In this document: piece by piece, positions 36,432 to 49,084 of the stretch | Position numbering within the stretch: position 1 is the first letter of the stretch | How the letters are laid out: each line of letters begins with the position of its first letter | NCBI GenBank assembly: GCA_002189035.1 | Contig: NEEC01000025.1 | Coordinates: 620,001-684,000, forward strand | Source: Utricularia gibba | Taxonomy: Eukaryota; Plantae; Magnoliophyta | Length of the DNA stretch: 64,000 nt | Direction: 5' to 3' | The notes under the pieces: model-generated | Database searches by the model: none | What the model was told of the DNA's origin: nothing | Seen by the model: only the letters and a program-made list of their open reading frames with translations | Program-made: the position numbers and the translations under genes

Positions 36432-39400
36432 TTATATCATCTTCTCGAACTCATCCAGCCGTTTCACCCTCTGCATGGATCTTATGACCAGAGCCAGGAA
36501 GATGCCTGCATTATTGCAACTTGCAAGTTACAGTATACCATAATTCGATCTGCATTACCAACTTTTGAAATAACCACTTGCTCGGTGGCATCCAAAGAAC
36601 TAACCTGCTCCGACAAAGGCAGCACCAGATATGAATTGACTGCCTCTGTCACTCAAGGTCACCCCTAGGTTCAATAAGACGCCTCCTACAACTGTATATA
36701 TTGTTGCCATCTGCAATATTGTCGCCTTCCGAGCTGCTCTCTCCGACTTACAAGAAGAAAGGTGGCGCTTTAAAAATGTAATCAATCTACAACTTGCATG
36801 TTAAAGAAATAACGTAGGCATAAGGTTAATGTTTTCAATAAACAAGCTGGTAACTCCTAGTAAACAGCCTTTTCAGCTCTCTTGTAACTATTTTTGTGCA
36901 ACTTGCATTTTCTTCTATACATGGAAAGGAATGGAGCATCAATGAAAAAGTAATCGATGCTTTCTAAATTCTAAAGAAGCTGCTGTGGCTGCCTTCACTA
37001 GGAGCTGATGCGGTGACTGAAGTTATTTGGTAAAGGAAATTTATTTATTTTTTCAGAGAAGTGGTAAATGAAATCCAAGAGATCATCCCATCATGAGACA
37101 AGGAATGAGATATAACATTTGTACCTCCAATACTCTGACTCGCAGCTTTAATTCTCCAGTTTCAAGCTGGTTCACTATTTCCTCAATTCGCTTGATTCTT
37201 GAAGGCACTGAGATTGTAGACACCCTTGCCTGACCAGCAAGTGAAAATCATAAACACAAAGTAACATAGCTGAAAATGAAACGCTGCTGCACATGGAAAA
37301 GCAATTTTCAATTGTGAATTTTTTAGTATAAACGAACATCGTCAGCTTGTTTTCTTAATTCTTCAACAAGCAATTCTGCAGTCCGCCGTTGTTGTCTCAA
37401 ATCTAACAGCTCCTGCCAGCATTCGATAAATGCTGAGTTAGAGATGTGCCTTTCACAGAAAAATACAGTATAAGAAAAAACGTAACCTGTGCATACGGTG
37501 CTGCAATTTTTGCAAAGGAAAAGTTGGGATCCAAACTGTATCCAATGCCTGCAGCATAAATAAGTAATGTTAACTAACATGAGATTTTCGAAGGGAACTT
37601 TCGCATATGTAGTCTTCTTCATAAAGGTCACCTTCAAGTGTTGTAAAGGCTCTTAACAAGAATGTAAAATTAGCAGGAAACCGTAATGGCTGATCAGTTG
37701 CTATTGCAAACAAATCCTGAAATGAAGAAAGCCTATCTTGACCGTTAACACTTGAGAGTAGCAAATTTTGTGTGTGACAAATGATAGGTGGACTAAGAAA
37801 ACCATCGATACTTCTCAAAATGATAAGTAATAACCCGATAGGTAAATTCACCTTCACTGAGTAAAATTAAATGGAAAAAAGGTGCCCGCCAACAAAAGGA
37901 TCAGTTAATACGGATTCTGTTAACAATCAAATCTACATATCGTGGTGTCAGAAAGAGAAAAAAATTGATGATGCTCTTGATGGATTGAGCTGATGCTGAA
38001 AAAAAATATTTGTATACTGTCAATTGGACTAGCACAACATTAAGAAGAGGGCGGGATGTTCAGAGTTAATAAAGGATGAGGTAATTGGCAAAGGTTTCAC
38101 TGCTTCAAGGTTAGATAATTGAACAGACTTGAACCAACTTTTTTTCTAGAAGAGAACAGTAAAAAGATATCTGATTTAAGATATGAAAAATATTTATCCG
38201 AAATAAATAATAACCATAAAACTAATATTAAAATTGTTGCGACCACTCAAAAAGATCATGGAAAATAGAAATTCTCTTTATGGAGGAGAAAGGAAGGTGT
38301 ATTATATAGCGCTTGCTAATGAAAAAGTAAAGTTGTAGTTAGACCATGTCTCATTACGTTTCATCGGTGAAAAACAGTTCTCAACTAACGCTGTATACTT
38401 TCTCAAAAGAGACACTGGCTGAAACTTAAATAACGCAACTAGTTTTCTGCCGGTATAAATAACTGCGAGCAGTTCTTGAACCATTTATCCTTGCCTAAAA
38501 TCAAGTCACAGGCTAGCATTTCACAAGACTACTAATGATGCCATATTGTGTCCTGATCATTGTTAGTTCCTCCAAGCATCAGGTTGAAATACATACTCCA
38601 CAATCGCCAGCCATTTAACAATATTTTCAAAATTATTAAGAAGCAATGAGAGTACGGAATTGATTTGCAGGATACCTCACCAATTGTTGATAGTGTTTGT
38701 TGCTGATCAGGTGTTCGAGTTAACAGGTTATCCAAGAAAAACTTTATGGATCTTCTCACCTAAAAGGAGAAACATTAAGAAGAATCCAAGCATCAGATAT
38801 GGCAGAATCATAAATCACATTGCAAGCATGTGAATCCAGGTATTTTGTATTTAAAACAGAAAAACAGAGACAAAGCACAAATTCCAAACAATATACAGAT
38901 GACATGTCCCCTGTGGGTTGAAGTGCTCCAAGATCCACCAGGCACTGAATCACCTGAAAAGTTGGCAGTAGGGCGTGAAAATCACCTCATTTGCATGTAT
39001 CCAAATGCCAGCCAATAAAGACACCCCATTTTAAACAATACAGCTTTCAAAAATCAAACAGGCAACCTGACCTTTTTTACATCGTTTTCATAGACAGCGT
39101 AGAAAAGTCCCAGCAGCTTTTCTCTTGTAAAATTCTTAATTTCTCCCATCATACCGAAGTCATAGTATATTAGGGCCTCATCCACATCAACAGCAAGATT
39201 TCCAGGATGAGGGTCAGCATGAAAGAATCCCGTCTTAAGTATCTGAAGCAGTGAGAGCGCATCAAACTTTGCTGTGGCCAGCTGAAAAATTAAAAAAAAT
39301 GGAGAACGCAGTGTCAAAAGCCTATAATTGGCAGGGTTCTTGCCTGAATTAAATAGGCCTCGATAGCACGTGATGAAATATTTGCTCGACTATAGCCCTG

Positions 39401-41394
39401 TGCATCAATCATATCTAGCCGATTGATCTTTATGCCTGCACAAATTGGTAACAACTCAAAATGTGGAAGCAAAAATTAGAATTTATCTTGAAAAGATAAG
39501 AATAAGCTCAACTTTCCTTAGGGAAATTTAACCAGAAGTGAACAAAAAAAGAATACCAGGAACATACTCCAGTGTCAGGACCTTTGTCGATGTGTAATCC
39601 CAATATACAATCTGGGATGAACAAAATAAACGTTATAGGAACGAGAATCCAATTTACTAGATGTTAGTGAGGAAGTTTGCTCGTTGGAAACATACAGGTA
39701 TCCGAACCCACTTCACATTTCGAAAATCACGACGAAATCTGTCTGCATTTTTTCCTTCATTCACATAGTCAATTTCCTGGTACAAAATCCTGAAATTGAC
39801 ATCATCAAACAAGCTTGTACTTAGATATACGTAACAAGGATTGAGCATTGGCATTATACAAGTTGTTAACGGTTACAGAACTTAGGTATTGAACAACTTG
39901 CCTTGCACATTCTTCATAAATACCAATCCAATCCCTGGATGGACCACCTAGACTTTCACTTCTTTGGAAGTAGTTGGCGATCAGTTTTAGGTTTTCTATA
40001 GAAAAGAAAAACTTCATTAAGCAACCCAAAGAGTCTTAATGATGAAAATACAATTGCAGCAAAGGCCGCAGGGTGCTGACTGAGATCAATGTCGAAAAGC
40101 TTTTTTAGCCCCGGTCTCTGAACCTTCACAACTACTTCCTCTCCATTATGTAGGATAGCTCGATGTACCTAAAAACAAAGCAAAAAAGAAGATCATAATT
40201 TCTGAAGCAAAAGATTAAAAAAAAAAAGCAAGAATGTGGACAGCACATGCCTCAATCAAGGCTGTAATCTCTTGATCTAATATAGTTAATATCATCAACA
40301 TTGATTTTTCCAGCAGATGTAGACGGAGATGCAAACCATAGTTCATTCATTTCATTTCATGAACTTCTAAAAAATCACCTGACCAAGGCTGGCAGCAGCA
40401 ATTGGAAGGTCTTCAAACTTCTTGAACAACAGGTGGATGGGGTTACCCAACTCTTTCTGAATGAAACTCTTAGCCATGCTGGGTGCAAATGCAGGCACCT
40501 TATCCTGAATCAGATGCCAACGAGCAGTTACATTACACATCAACTTCTGCTCTTAATCAATGATGAATTGTTACAACTTATTTCTTTTAGCACACCTGCA
40601 ACTTGGCAAGCTCCTCCACGTATTCTTTAGGTAATAGATCTGATCTTGTCGAAGATAGCTGTCCAATTTTGATAAATGTAGGGCCAAGTTGCAGGACACG
40701 CTCCCTTAACCATGATGCTGTTCGTCTATTTCGCCTTTCCTGATGACCATTGGATCATAATACCAACAGTTCTATTACAAGTATACCACCAGCAAGAATT
40801 AGCAGAAACCGCTACAAAACTGTAGATCAAGCCCACCTTCTTTTCATCAGTGAATCCTCCAAGGTATGCCCACTTTGCATTATCGAGAAGAACACGGACT
40901 CGAAATGAAAGAACAAAAGTCCATACATCTATGCTTCTCTGAATTGAACTGTAGTTCTCATTTGCCCAGTTAAAACCTTCATCCGAAGTTAGAACTTTTA
41001 CCCCTTCCACAGGAAGAAGGCCCTTAGTCCTATATTCTGGTGTAGCTAGGGGATTTGCAATCCTCTTGACGACACTCCTTCCATTCGCTAAGCTTACCGC
41101 TTCATCCGACGTGTATGCTGCGTCCAGACCGCTTTTGAAAGGAGAAATTTGTTTCTTGGACTCAGAATTAGGAACCATTTTAGCAGGTCGGCCATTTGTA
41201 CCAATCTCTGCCTTCAACTCAGCCTCTTGCAATCCAACACAAATTCTCCTATGCGTTACTTTAATACTTCGAGGAATTCTATCAAATTTTGCGTAGTTTG
41301 CCTTTGATAGTGCACCCGAAAGCCAATAATCTCCTCCAAGTCTCTGTTGAGAAGAAGTAGGCGAACATGCGTGTGAAGCAAGTGTTGGCGCCAT
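36432..41394 (-). CDS. ABC1K7: Plastid ABC1 atypical kinase, ABC1K7/SIA1-like, copy A, intact, 17 exons
   Basis: [62 protein letters not shown]; all exons in frame; two GC-AG introns. Confidence 0.95.
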
Positions 41395-41859
41395 CGAAGT
41401 ACCTAGCAAGACCTGAAAAGCGGTCTTAAAAATAGGGGAATAGAAGAGATGGTGGGCAGGGGAGTAGATCAACAGATAATGCGAGAAACACCAAAAGAGT
41501 GGAACATCGCGAAAACCATCAGAACAAGCTCTCCAAAGTTCATTCAAAATCGCGATTCAAGTTTCATCTCCTGGATGCCGTAATTTATCCGGCGAGACTT
41601 AAAAACAAGAACTGCAAACAATCAAATGAAATATCGAATGCGGGGCGCCCCCACGTCACGCGTACAGACCCAAGTAACTTACTTCTTAACCGGAGATTAT
41701 TTATGATGCCACCGGAAACTTGAGAAGTTTGCATTAACCCAAAGGGAGGAACTAGGGGCAGCAGGAGATGAAACGAATGAAGGGAAACTTCTGTTGAATT
41801 TTGTACCGCTCAGAGTCGATTGGCTGTAGAGATCCTGGTCCTCTGTCAGGGAGGGGAGC

Positions 41860-41865
41860 CACGTG
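41860..41865. promoter_or_regulatory. G-box/ABRE (GCCACGTGTC) in the copy A promoter only
   Basis: CACGTG lies in a segment of about 100 bp absent from the copy B promoter. Confidence 0.45.
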
Positions 41866-42272
41866 TCCGAAGAGAATTCACTACTCTCTCTCAAAAGAAT
41901 CTTCAGGTCTGCTTCAAGGATTCGAATACAAAAGAATATCCCAAATGGTGGTGATCGAGGGGTAAAGTAGCTGGCAAGAAAGCAAATAAAAATCGGATTT
42001 CAGCTCTCTGGAATGGTGAGTCTCTACTTAATACTAGCATGGATGCAAGCATCCTCCTGGTCAACTCACGCTCTATCGCTAGATTTCGTGTTGCTGCCCA
42101 GACGTGCTAACCGATCACGCCCCATAATTCCGAAAATTTTCGTCTACGGCTCCTTGCTTGTCTTCCTTGGCTGGGGTCTGAAACCTTGAAGCTACTAGCT
42201 TCAGGGTCTGCTGATGGTATCGTAGAGCCCCATCTGGAGGGAGGTTCACCGAGCCAGTTGTCTCATCACCAA

Positions 42273-42431
42273 ATGGGCAAGATGGGCATAACGGCAAAAG
42301 AAAGTTTCTTTTTTTATGTGTGCATTCTTTTGCCCTTCACTGCCCTGGCTGCCGCCGTAGAAACAAAGTGGGAGGAACAAAACGCTTTGGTAGTCTATCT
42401 ACACGATTTGGGCTTCGCGAATCAGGAGTCG
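42273..42431 (+). pseudogene. Orphan duplicate of formin exon 1 (signal peptide), with intact ATG and donor
   Basis: 53 open codons, about 88% identical to 49085-49243, followed by |GTACGC. Confidence 0.9.
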
Positions 42432-42519
42432 GTACGCTGATGTTACGGTTTTTCTTTTCTTCTGCCAAACACTGATTGTCCTTTCAGAAACTTTTTTGGG
42501 TTCACCTTTTCGATTTAGT

Positions 42520-42758
42520 CTCCACGGCGGAGACTACACGCCGCATATTTGGCGGCCGCGCGGTTCATTCCGCAAGAAAGCCTTCGTTTGCAGTCAGAGC
42601 TAAAGCCACTCCTCCTGTAAAGGTATGCTGTTGCGAATCAAGACACAGCCAATGTTTTTTTTTTTTTTTTTTTCTAACAATTATAATCTGTTTTCCAGCA
42701 AGGAGCCGACAGGCAACTGTGGTTCGCCTCCAAGCAGAGCCTTTCCTATTTAGACGGA
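42520..42758 (+). pseudogene. LHCA3: LHCA3 fragment (3' part of exon 1, intron 1, exon 2); no ATG, exon 3 deleted
   Basis: [12 protein letters not shown]...ATPPVK|gt...ag|[20 protein letters not shown] matches 34679-34913. Confidence 0.92.
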
Positions 42759-43065
42759 ATGCAATCAGTATGTCTTTTATATTTCTAGTTTAATACAAAC
42801 TAGAACCATAATCATAAAGCGTCAATCTCAACAAGTGAAGAATCACATAATGAGAACACTTTCATTGAAGATACAACAAACGTTGTGACATTTACCTATA
42901 CTGCAATGGCATCCTGAGGTGTAATATGCTTTATACATTCTCTAATTCATCGGGCCCTTTCACCCTCTGCCCGGTTCTCACAACCAGAGCGAAGAAGAAG
43001 ATGCTGCTATTATCGCAGGCACATCAAACCATAATTCCATCTGTACAGCAACATTTGGTAATGAT

Positions 43066-46000
43066 TTATATCATTTTCTCTAACTCATCCAGCCCTTTCA
43101 CCCTCTGCATGGATGTTATGACCAGAGCGAGGGAGATGCCTGCATTATTCCAACTTGCAAGTCACAGTATCACATAATTCGATCTGCATACCAAATTTTG
43201 AAATGACCAGTTGCTCAGTGGCACCTGGAGAACTAACCGGCTCCAACAAAGGCTGCACCAGATATGACTTGACTGCCTCTGTCACTCAAGGTCACCCCTA
43301 TGTTCAATAAGACGCCTCCCACAACTGTATATATTGTCGCCATCTGCAATATTGTTGCCTTCCGAGCTGCTCTCTCCGACTTACAAGGAGAAATGTGGCG
43401 CTTTAAAAATTTAATCAATCTACAACTTGTATGCTAAAGAAATAACTTAGGCATAAGGTTAACGTTTTCATAAAACACGCTGGTAACTCCTAGATAACAG
43501 CCTTTTCAGCTCTCTTATACCTATTTTTGTGCATTTTGCATTTTCTTCTATGCATGGAAAGAATGGAGCATGAATGAAAAAGTAAACGATGGTTTCTAAA
43601 TTGTAAAGAAGCTGCTGTGGCTGCGATCACTGGGAGCTGATTGAGGTGACTCCGTTATTTAGTGAAGGAAGCTTTTTCAGAGAAGTAGTAAAGGAAATCC
43701 AAGAGATCGTCCTATCATGAGGTGAGGAATGAGATATAACATTTGTACCTCCCAACACTCTGACTCGCAGCTTTAATTCTCCAGTTTCAAGCTGGTTCAC
43801 TATTTCCTCAATTCGTTTGATTCTTGAAGGCACTGAGATTGTAGACACCCTGGCCTGGCCAGCAAGTCAAAATAGTAAGATAGCTGAAAATGAAATGCTG
43901 CTGCGTGCGGTAGGACCAATTTTCAATTGCGAATTTTTAGTATAAACGAACATCATCAGCTTGTTTTCTTAATTCTTCAACAACTAGTTGTGCAGTCTGC
44001 TGTTGCTGTCTCGAATCTAACAGCTCCTGCCAGCATTTGATAAAAGCCAATTTAGTTTCGCCCTTCACAGCAAAATACAGTAGAAGAAACAATGTGACCT
44101 GTGCATACGGCGCTGCAATTTTTGCGAAGGAAAAGTTAGGATCCAAACTATATCCAATGCCTGCAGCATAAATAAGTAATGTTAACCAACATGAGGTTTT
44201 CAAAGGGAACTTTCGCATATAGTCTTCTTCATAAAGGTCACCTTCAAGTGTTGTAAAGGCTTTTAACAAGAATGTAAAATTAGCAGGAAACCATAATGGC
44301 TGATCAGTTGCTATTGCAAACAAATCCTGAAATGAAGAAAGCGTACCTTGACCGTTAAAACTTGAGAGAAGCAAATTTTTATATGCGACAAATGATACGC
44401 AGATTAACAGAACCACCGGTACTTCTCAAAATGATAGATGAGTAATAACATTCACAGAGCAAAATTAAAGTGAAAAAATAGTGCCAACCAACAAAAGGAT
44501 AAACTTTAATACGGATTCTGTTACCATTCAAATCTACATATCAATGCGTCAGAAAGAGAAGAAAAAATTGATGATGCATTTGATGGATTGAACTGATGCT
44601 GAAAAACCTATTTATATACTGTCAACTGTACTAGCACACCAGTAAGAATAGAGTGGGATATTCAGAGTTAATAAAGGATTAAGTAATTGGCAAAGGTTTC
44701 ACTCCTTCAAGGTTAGATAATTGGACAGAGCTGAAACGGCTTTTTTCTAAAAGAGAACAGTAAAAAGGCACCAGATTCAAGAAATGAAAATATTTATCTG
44801 AAATGAATAATAACCATAAAACTGCTACTAAAATAGTTGCAAGCACTCAAAAAGATCATGGAAAATAGAAATTCTCTTTATGGAGGAGAAAGGAAGATGT
44901 ATCATATAGTCCTTGTTAATGAACAAGGAAAGTTGTAGTTAGATCATATCTCATTACATTTTGTCAGTGATAAACTCTTTTCAGCTAACATTATATACTT
45001 TGTCAAAAAAAAACACTGGCTGAAACTTAAATAACGCAAATAGTTGTCTGCTGGTATAAATAACTGCAAGCAGATCTTAAACCATGTATCCGTACCTAAA
45101 ATCAAATCAAGCATGTTAATCCACAGCCGCAGGCTAGCATTTCACAAAACCACTAAATAATACCATGTTGGTTCCTTCAAGCATCAGGTTGAAATACTTA
45201 TTCCACAATCACCATCCATTTAAAAATATCTTCAAAATTATTAACAGGCAATGAGAGTAAGTAATTGATTTGCATGATACCTCACCAATTGCTGATAGTG
45301 TTTGTTGCTGATCAGGAGTTCGAGTTAATAGGTTACCCAAGAAAAACTCTAAGGATCTTCTTACCTAAAGGGAGAACAAAACTTGATCATTAAGGAGAAG
45401 CCAAGCATCAGATATGGCAGAAAGATAGATCACATTGTAAGCATGTGCATCCAGGTATTTTGTATTTAAAAAGGAAAAAAAAAACAGAGACAAAGCACAA
45501 ATCCCAAGCAATATACAGATGACATGTCCCCTGTGGGTTGAAGCGCTCCGAGATCCACCAGGCATTGAATCACCTGAAAAGTTGGCAGTAGGGCGTGAAC
45601 ATCACCTCCTCATTTGCATGTATCCAAAAGTCAGCCAATAAAGACACCCCATTTTAAACAATGCAGCTTTCAAAAATCAAACAGGCAACCTGACCTTTTT
45701 TACATCGTTTTCATAGACAGCGTAGAAAAGTCCCAGCAGCTTTTCTCTTGTAAAATTCTTAATTTCTCCCATCATACCGAAGTCATAGTATATTAGGGCC
45801 TCATCCACATCAACAGCAAGATTTCCAGGATGAGGGTCAGCATGAAAGAATCCCGTCTTAAGTATCTGAAGCAGTGAGAGCGCATCAAACTTTGCTGTGG
45901 CCAGCTGAAAAAATTAAAAAAAATGGAGAACGCAGTGTCAAAAGCCCATAATTGGCAGGGTTCTTGCCTGAATTAAATAGGCCTCGATAGCACGTGATGA

Positions 46001-48006
46001 AATATTTGCTCGACTATAGCCCTGTGCATCAATCATATCTAGCCGATTGATCTTTATGCCTGCACAAATTGGTAACAACTCAAAATGTGGAAGCAAAAAT
46101 TAGAATTTATCTTGAAAAGATAAGAATAAGCTCAACTTTCCTTAGGGAAATTTAACCAGAAGTGAACAAAAAAAGAATACCAGGAACATACTCCAGCGTC
46201 AGGACCTTTGTCGATGTGTAATCCCAATATACAATCTGGGATAAGGAAAAATAAACCACATAAGAGCGTGAATCCAATTTACTAGATGCCAGTGAGGAAA
46301 TCGACTCGTTGAAAACATACAGGTATCCGGACCCACTTCACATTTCGAAAATCACGATGAAATCTGTCTGCATTTTTCCCTTCGTTCACATAGTCAATTT
46401 CCTCGTACAAAATCCTAAAATGGCCACCATAAAACAAGCCCATACTTAGATATACATAACCAGGATTAAGCAATGGCATTATACAAGTTTTTAACGGTTA
46501 CAGGACTTGGGTGTTGAACAACTTGCCTTGCACATTCTTCATAAATACCAATCCAATCCCTGGATGGACCACCTAGAATTTCACTCCTTTGAAAGTAGTT
46601 GGTGATCAGTTTTAGGTTTTCTACATAAAAGAAACACTTTGATTAAGCAACCCAAACAATCATATTTGCAGGAAAGGCTGCAGGGTGCTGACTGAGATCA
46701 ATGTCGAAAAGCTTTTTTAGCCCCGGTCTCTGAACCTTCACAACTACTTCCTCTCCATTATGTAGGATAGCTCGATGTACCTAAAAACAAAGCAAAAAAG
46801 AAGATCATAATTTCTGAAGCAAAATATTAAAAAAAAAAAGCAAGAATGTGGACAGCACATGCCTCAATCAAGGCTGTAATCTCTTGATCTAATATAGTTA
46901 ATATCATCAACATTGATTTTTCCAGCAGATGTAGACGGAGATGCAAACCATAGTTCATTCATTTCATTTCATGAACTTCTAAAAAATCACCTGACCAAGG
47001 CTGGCAGCAGCAATTGGAAGGTCTTCAAACTTCTTGAACAACAAGTGGATGGGGCGCCCCAACTCTTTCTGAATGAGACTCTTTGCCATGCTAGGTGCAA
47101 ATGCAGGCACCTTATCCTGAATCAGATGCCAACTAGCAGTTACATTACACATCAGCTTCTGCTCTTAATCAAAGATGAGTTGACACAACTTATTTCTTAT
47201 AGCACACCTGCAACTTGGCAAGCTCCTCCACGTATTCTTTAGGTAATAGATCTGATCTCGTCGAAGACAGCTGGCCAATTTTGATAAAAGTAGGGCCAAG
47301 TTGCAGGACACGCTCCCTTAACCATGATGCTGTTCGTCTATTTCGCCTTTCCTGATGACCATTGGATCATAATACCAACAGTTCTATTACAAGTATACCA
47401 CCAGCAAGAATTAGCAGAAACCGCTACAAAACTGTAGATCAAGCCCACCTTCTTTTCATCAGTGAATCCTCCAAGGTATGCCCACTTTGCATTATCGAGA
47501 AGAACACGGACTCGAAATGAAAGAACAAAAGTCCATACATCTATGCTTCTCTGAATTGAACTGTAGTTCTCATTTGCCCAGTTAAAACCTCCATCCGAAG
47601 TTAGAACTTTTACCCCTTCCACAGGAAGAAGGCCCTTAGTCCTATATTCTGGTGTAGCTAGGGGATTTGCAATCCTCTTGACGACACTCCTTCCATTCGC
47701 TGAGCTTACCGCTTCATCCGACGTGTATGCTGCGTCCAGACCGCTTTTGAAAGGAGAAATTTGTTTCTTGGACTCAGAATTAGGAACCATTTTAGCAGGT
47801 CGGCCATTTGTACCAATCTCTGCCTTCAACTCAGCCTCTTGCAATCCAACACAAATTCTCCTATGCGTTACTTTAATACTTCGAGGAATTCTATCAAATT
47901 TTGCGTAGTTTGCCTTTGATAGTGCACCCGAAAGCCAATAATCTCCTCCAAGTCTCTGTTGAGAAGAAGTAGGCGAACATGCGTGTGAAGCAAGTGTTGG
48001 CGCCAT
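43066..48006 (-). CDS. ABC1K7: ABC1K7-like copy B; kinase core intact, +1 frameshift at the end of exon 15
   Basis: Same exon structure as copy A; GTG TTG GGA G|gt versus GTA TTG GAG|gt (extra C at about 43751-43753). Confidence 0.85.
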
Positions 48007-48309
48007 CGAAGTACCTAGCAAGACCTGAAAAGCGGTCTTAAAAAAAGGGGAACAGCAGAGATGGTGAGCAGGTGAGTAGATCAACAGATCATGCAAGAAA
48101 CACCAAAAGAGTGGAACATCGCGGAAACCATCAGAACAAGCTCATTCAAAATCGCGATTAAAGTATCATCTAGCGGATGCCGTAATTTATCCGGAGAGAC
48201 TTAAAACAAGAACTGCAAACAGTCAAATGAAATATAGAATCCGGAGCGCCCACCACGTCCCGCAGTCAGGACCAAGTAACTGACCTTTGTGTAACGAAGA
48301 GCAACAGGA

Positions 48310-48592
48310 GATGATCTCCAGTGGATTCTACCGAAGCCTGTATAGTAATTACATTTTGTTTATTAGATTTATGAAAATTATTGTGTGGATGTAATTTTAA
48401 TTTCGAATTTTCACCGAATTAAATTTTCAGTTACATTGTGAAAATCTAGTAAAATAGGTATAAAAAAGATGATATTTCAGATTTTTAGAAATAATTTATG
48501 TTACCGAAATGATTGTAAATAAATTTTCAAAAATATATTAAAAGTGACATCGCATTCAAATTTAAAATTTAGTGAAACCATTGAAAATGCTA
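48310..48592. mobile_element. Degenerate Tourist (PIF/Harbinger) MITE in the copy B promoter
   Basis: Ends GATGATCTCCAGTGG / CCATTGAAAATGCTA-TTA; AT-rich interior shares CATTTTGTTTATTAGATTT with the 57.4-kb MITE; absent from copy A. Confidence 0.7.
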
Positions 48593-49084
48593 TTACCATG
48601 CCACCGGAAACTTGATAATTTTGCATTAACCTGAAGGCAAGGCACGAAGGGCAGCAGTAGATGAAACGAAGCAAAACTGTTATTGAATCTTGTACGGTCC
48701 AGAGTCGATTGCCAGTCTAGATACTGGTTCTATGCAACAGAATATTGAGGCCTACATCAAAGAATATCCAGGGGTAAATTAGCTGGCAAGGAAAGCAAAT
48801 AAAAATCGGATTTCAGTTCTCTGGAATGGTGAGGCTCTTCTTACTATTAGCATTTACCATGAATGCAAGCATCTTCCTGGTCAACTCACGCGCTGTCGCT
48901 ACAATTTGGGGGTACTATGTGCTAATCGAACACGCCCCATAATTCCGAAAAAATTTTCCTCTACGGCTTCTTGGCTGTCTTCCTTGTCTGGGGTCTGAAA
49001 AGTTTTACGCTAGAGCTTCAAGGTACGTTTTGGGTTCGTAGAGCCCATCTGGAGGGAGCTTCACCTAGCCTGTTCTCATCACCA

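Noticed and set aside
36006-36668. 220-aa plus-strand ORF
   Set aside because: Antisense shadow of the ABC1K7 terminal exons and the gypsy relic; not open in the duplicate copy.
42476-42793. Independent LHC gene from the 105-aa ORF
   Set aside because: Starts at TTG, runs through an intron, and lacks all chlorophyll-binding helices.
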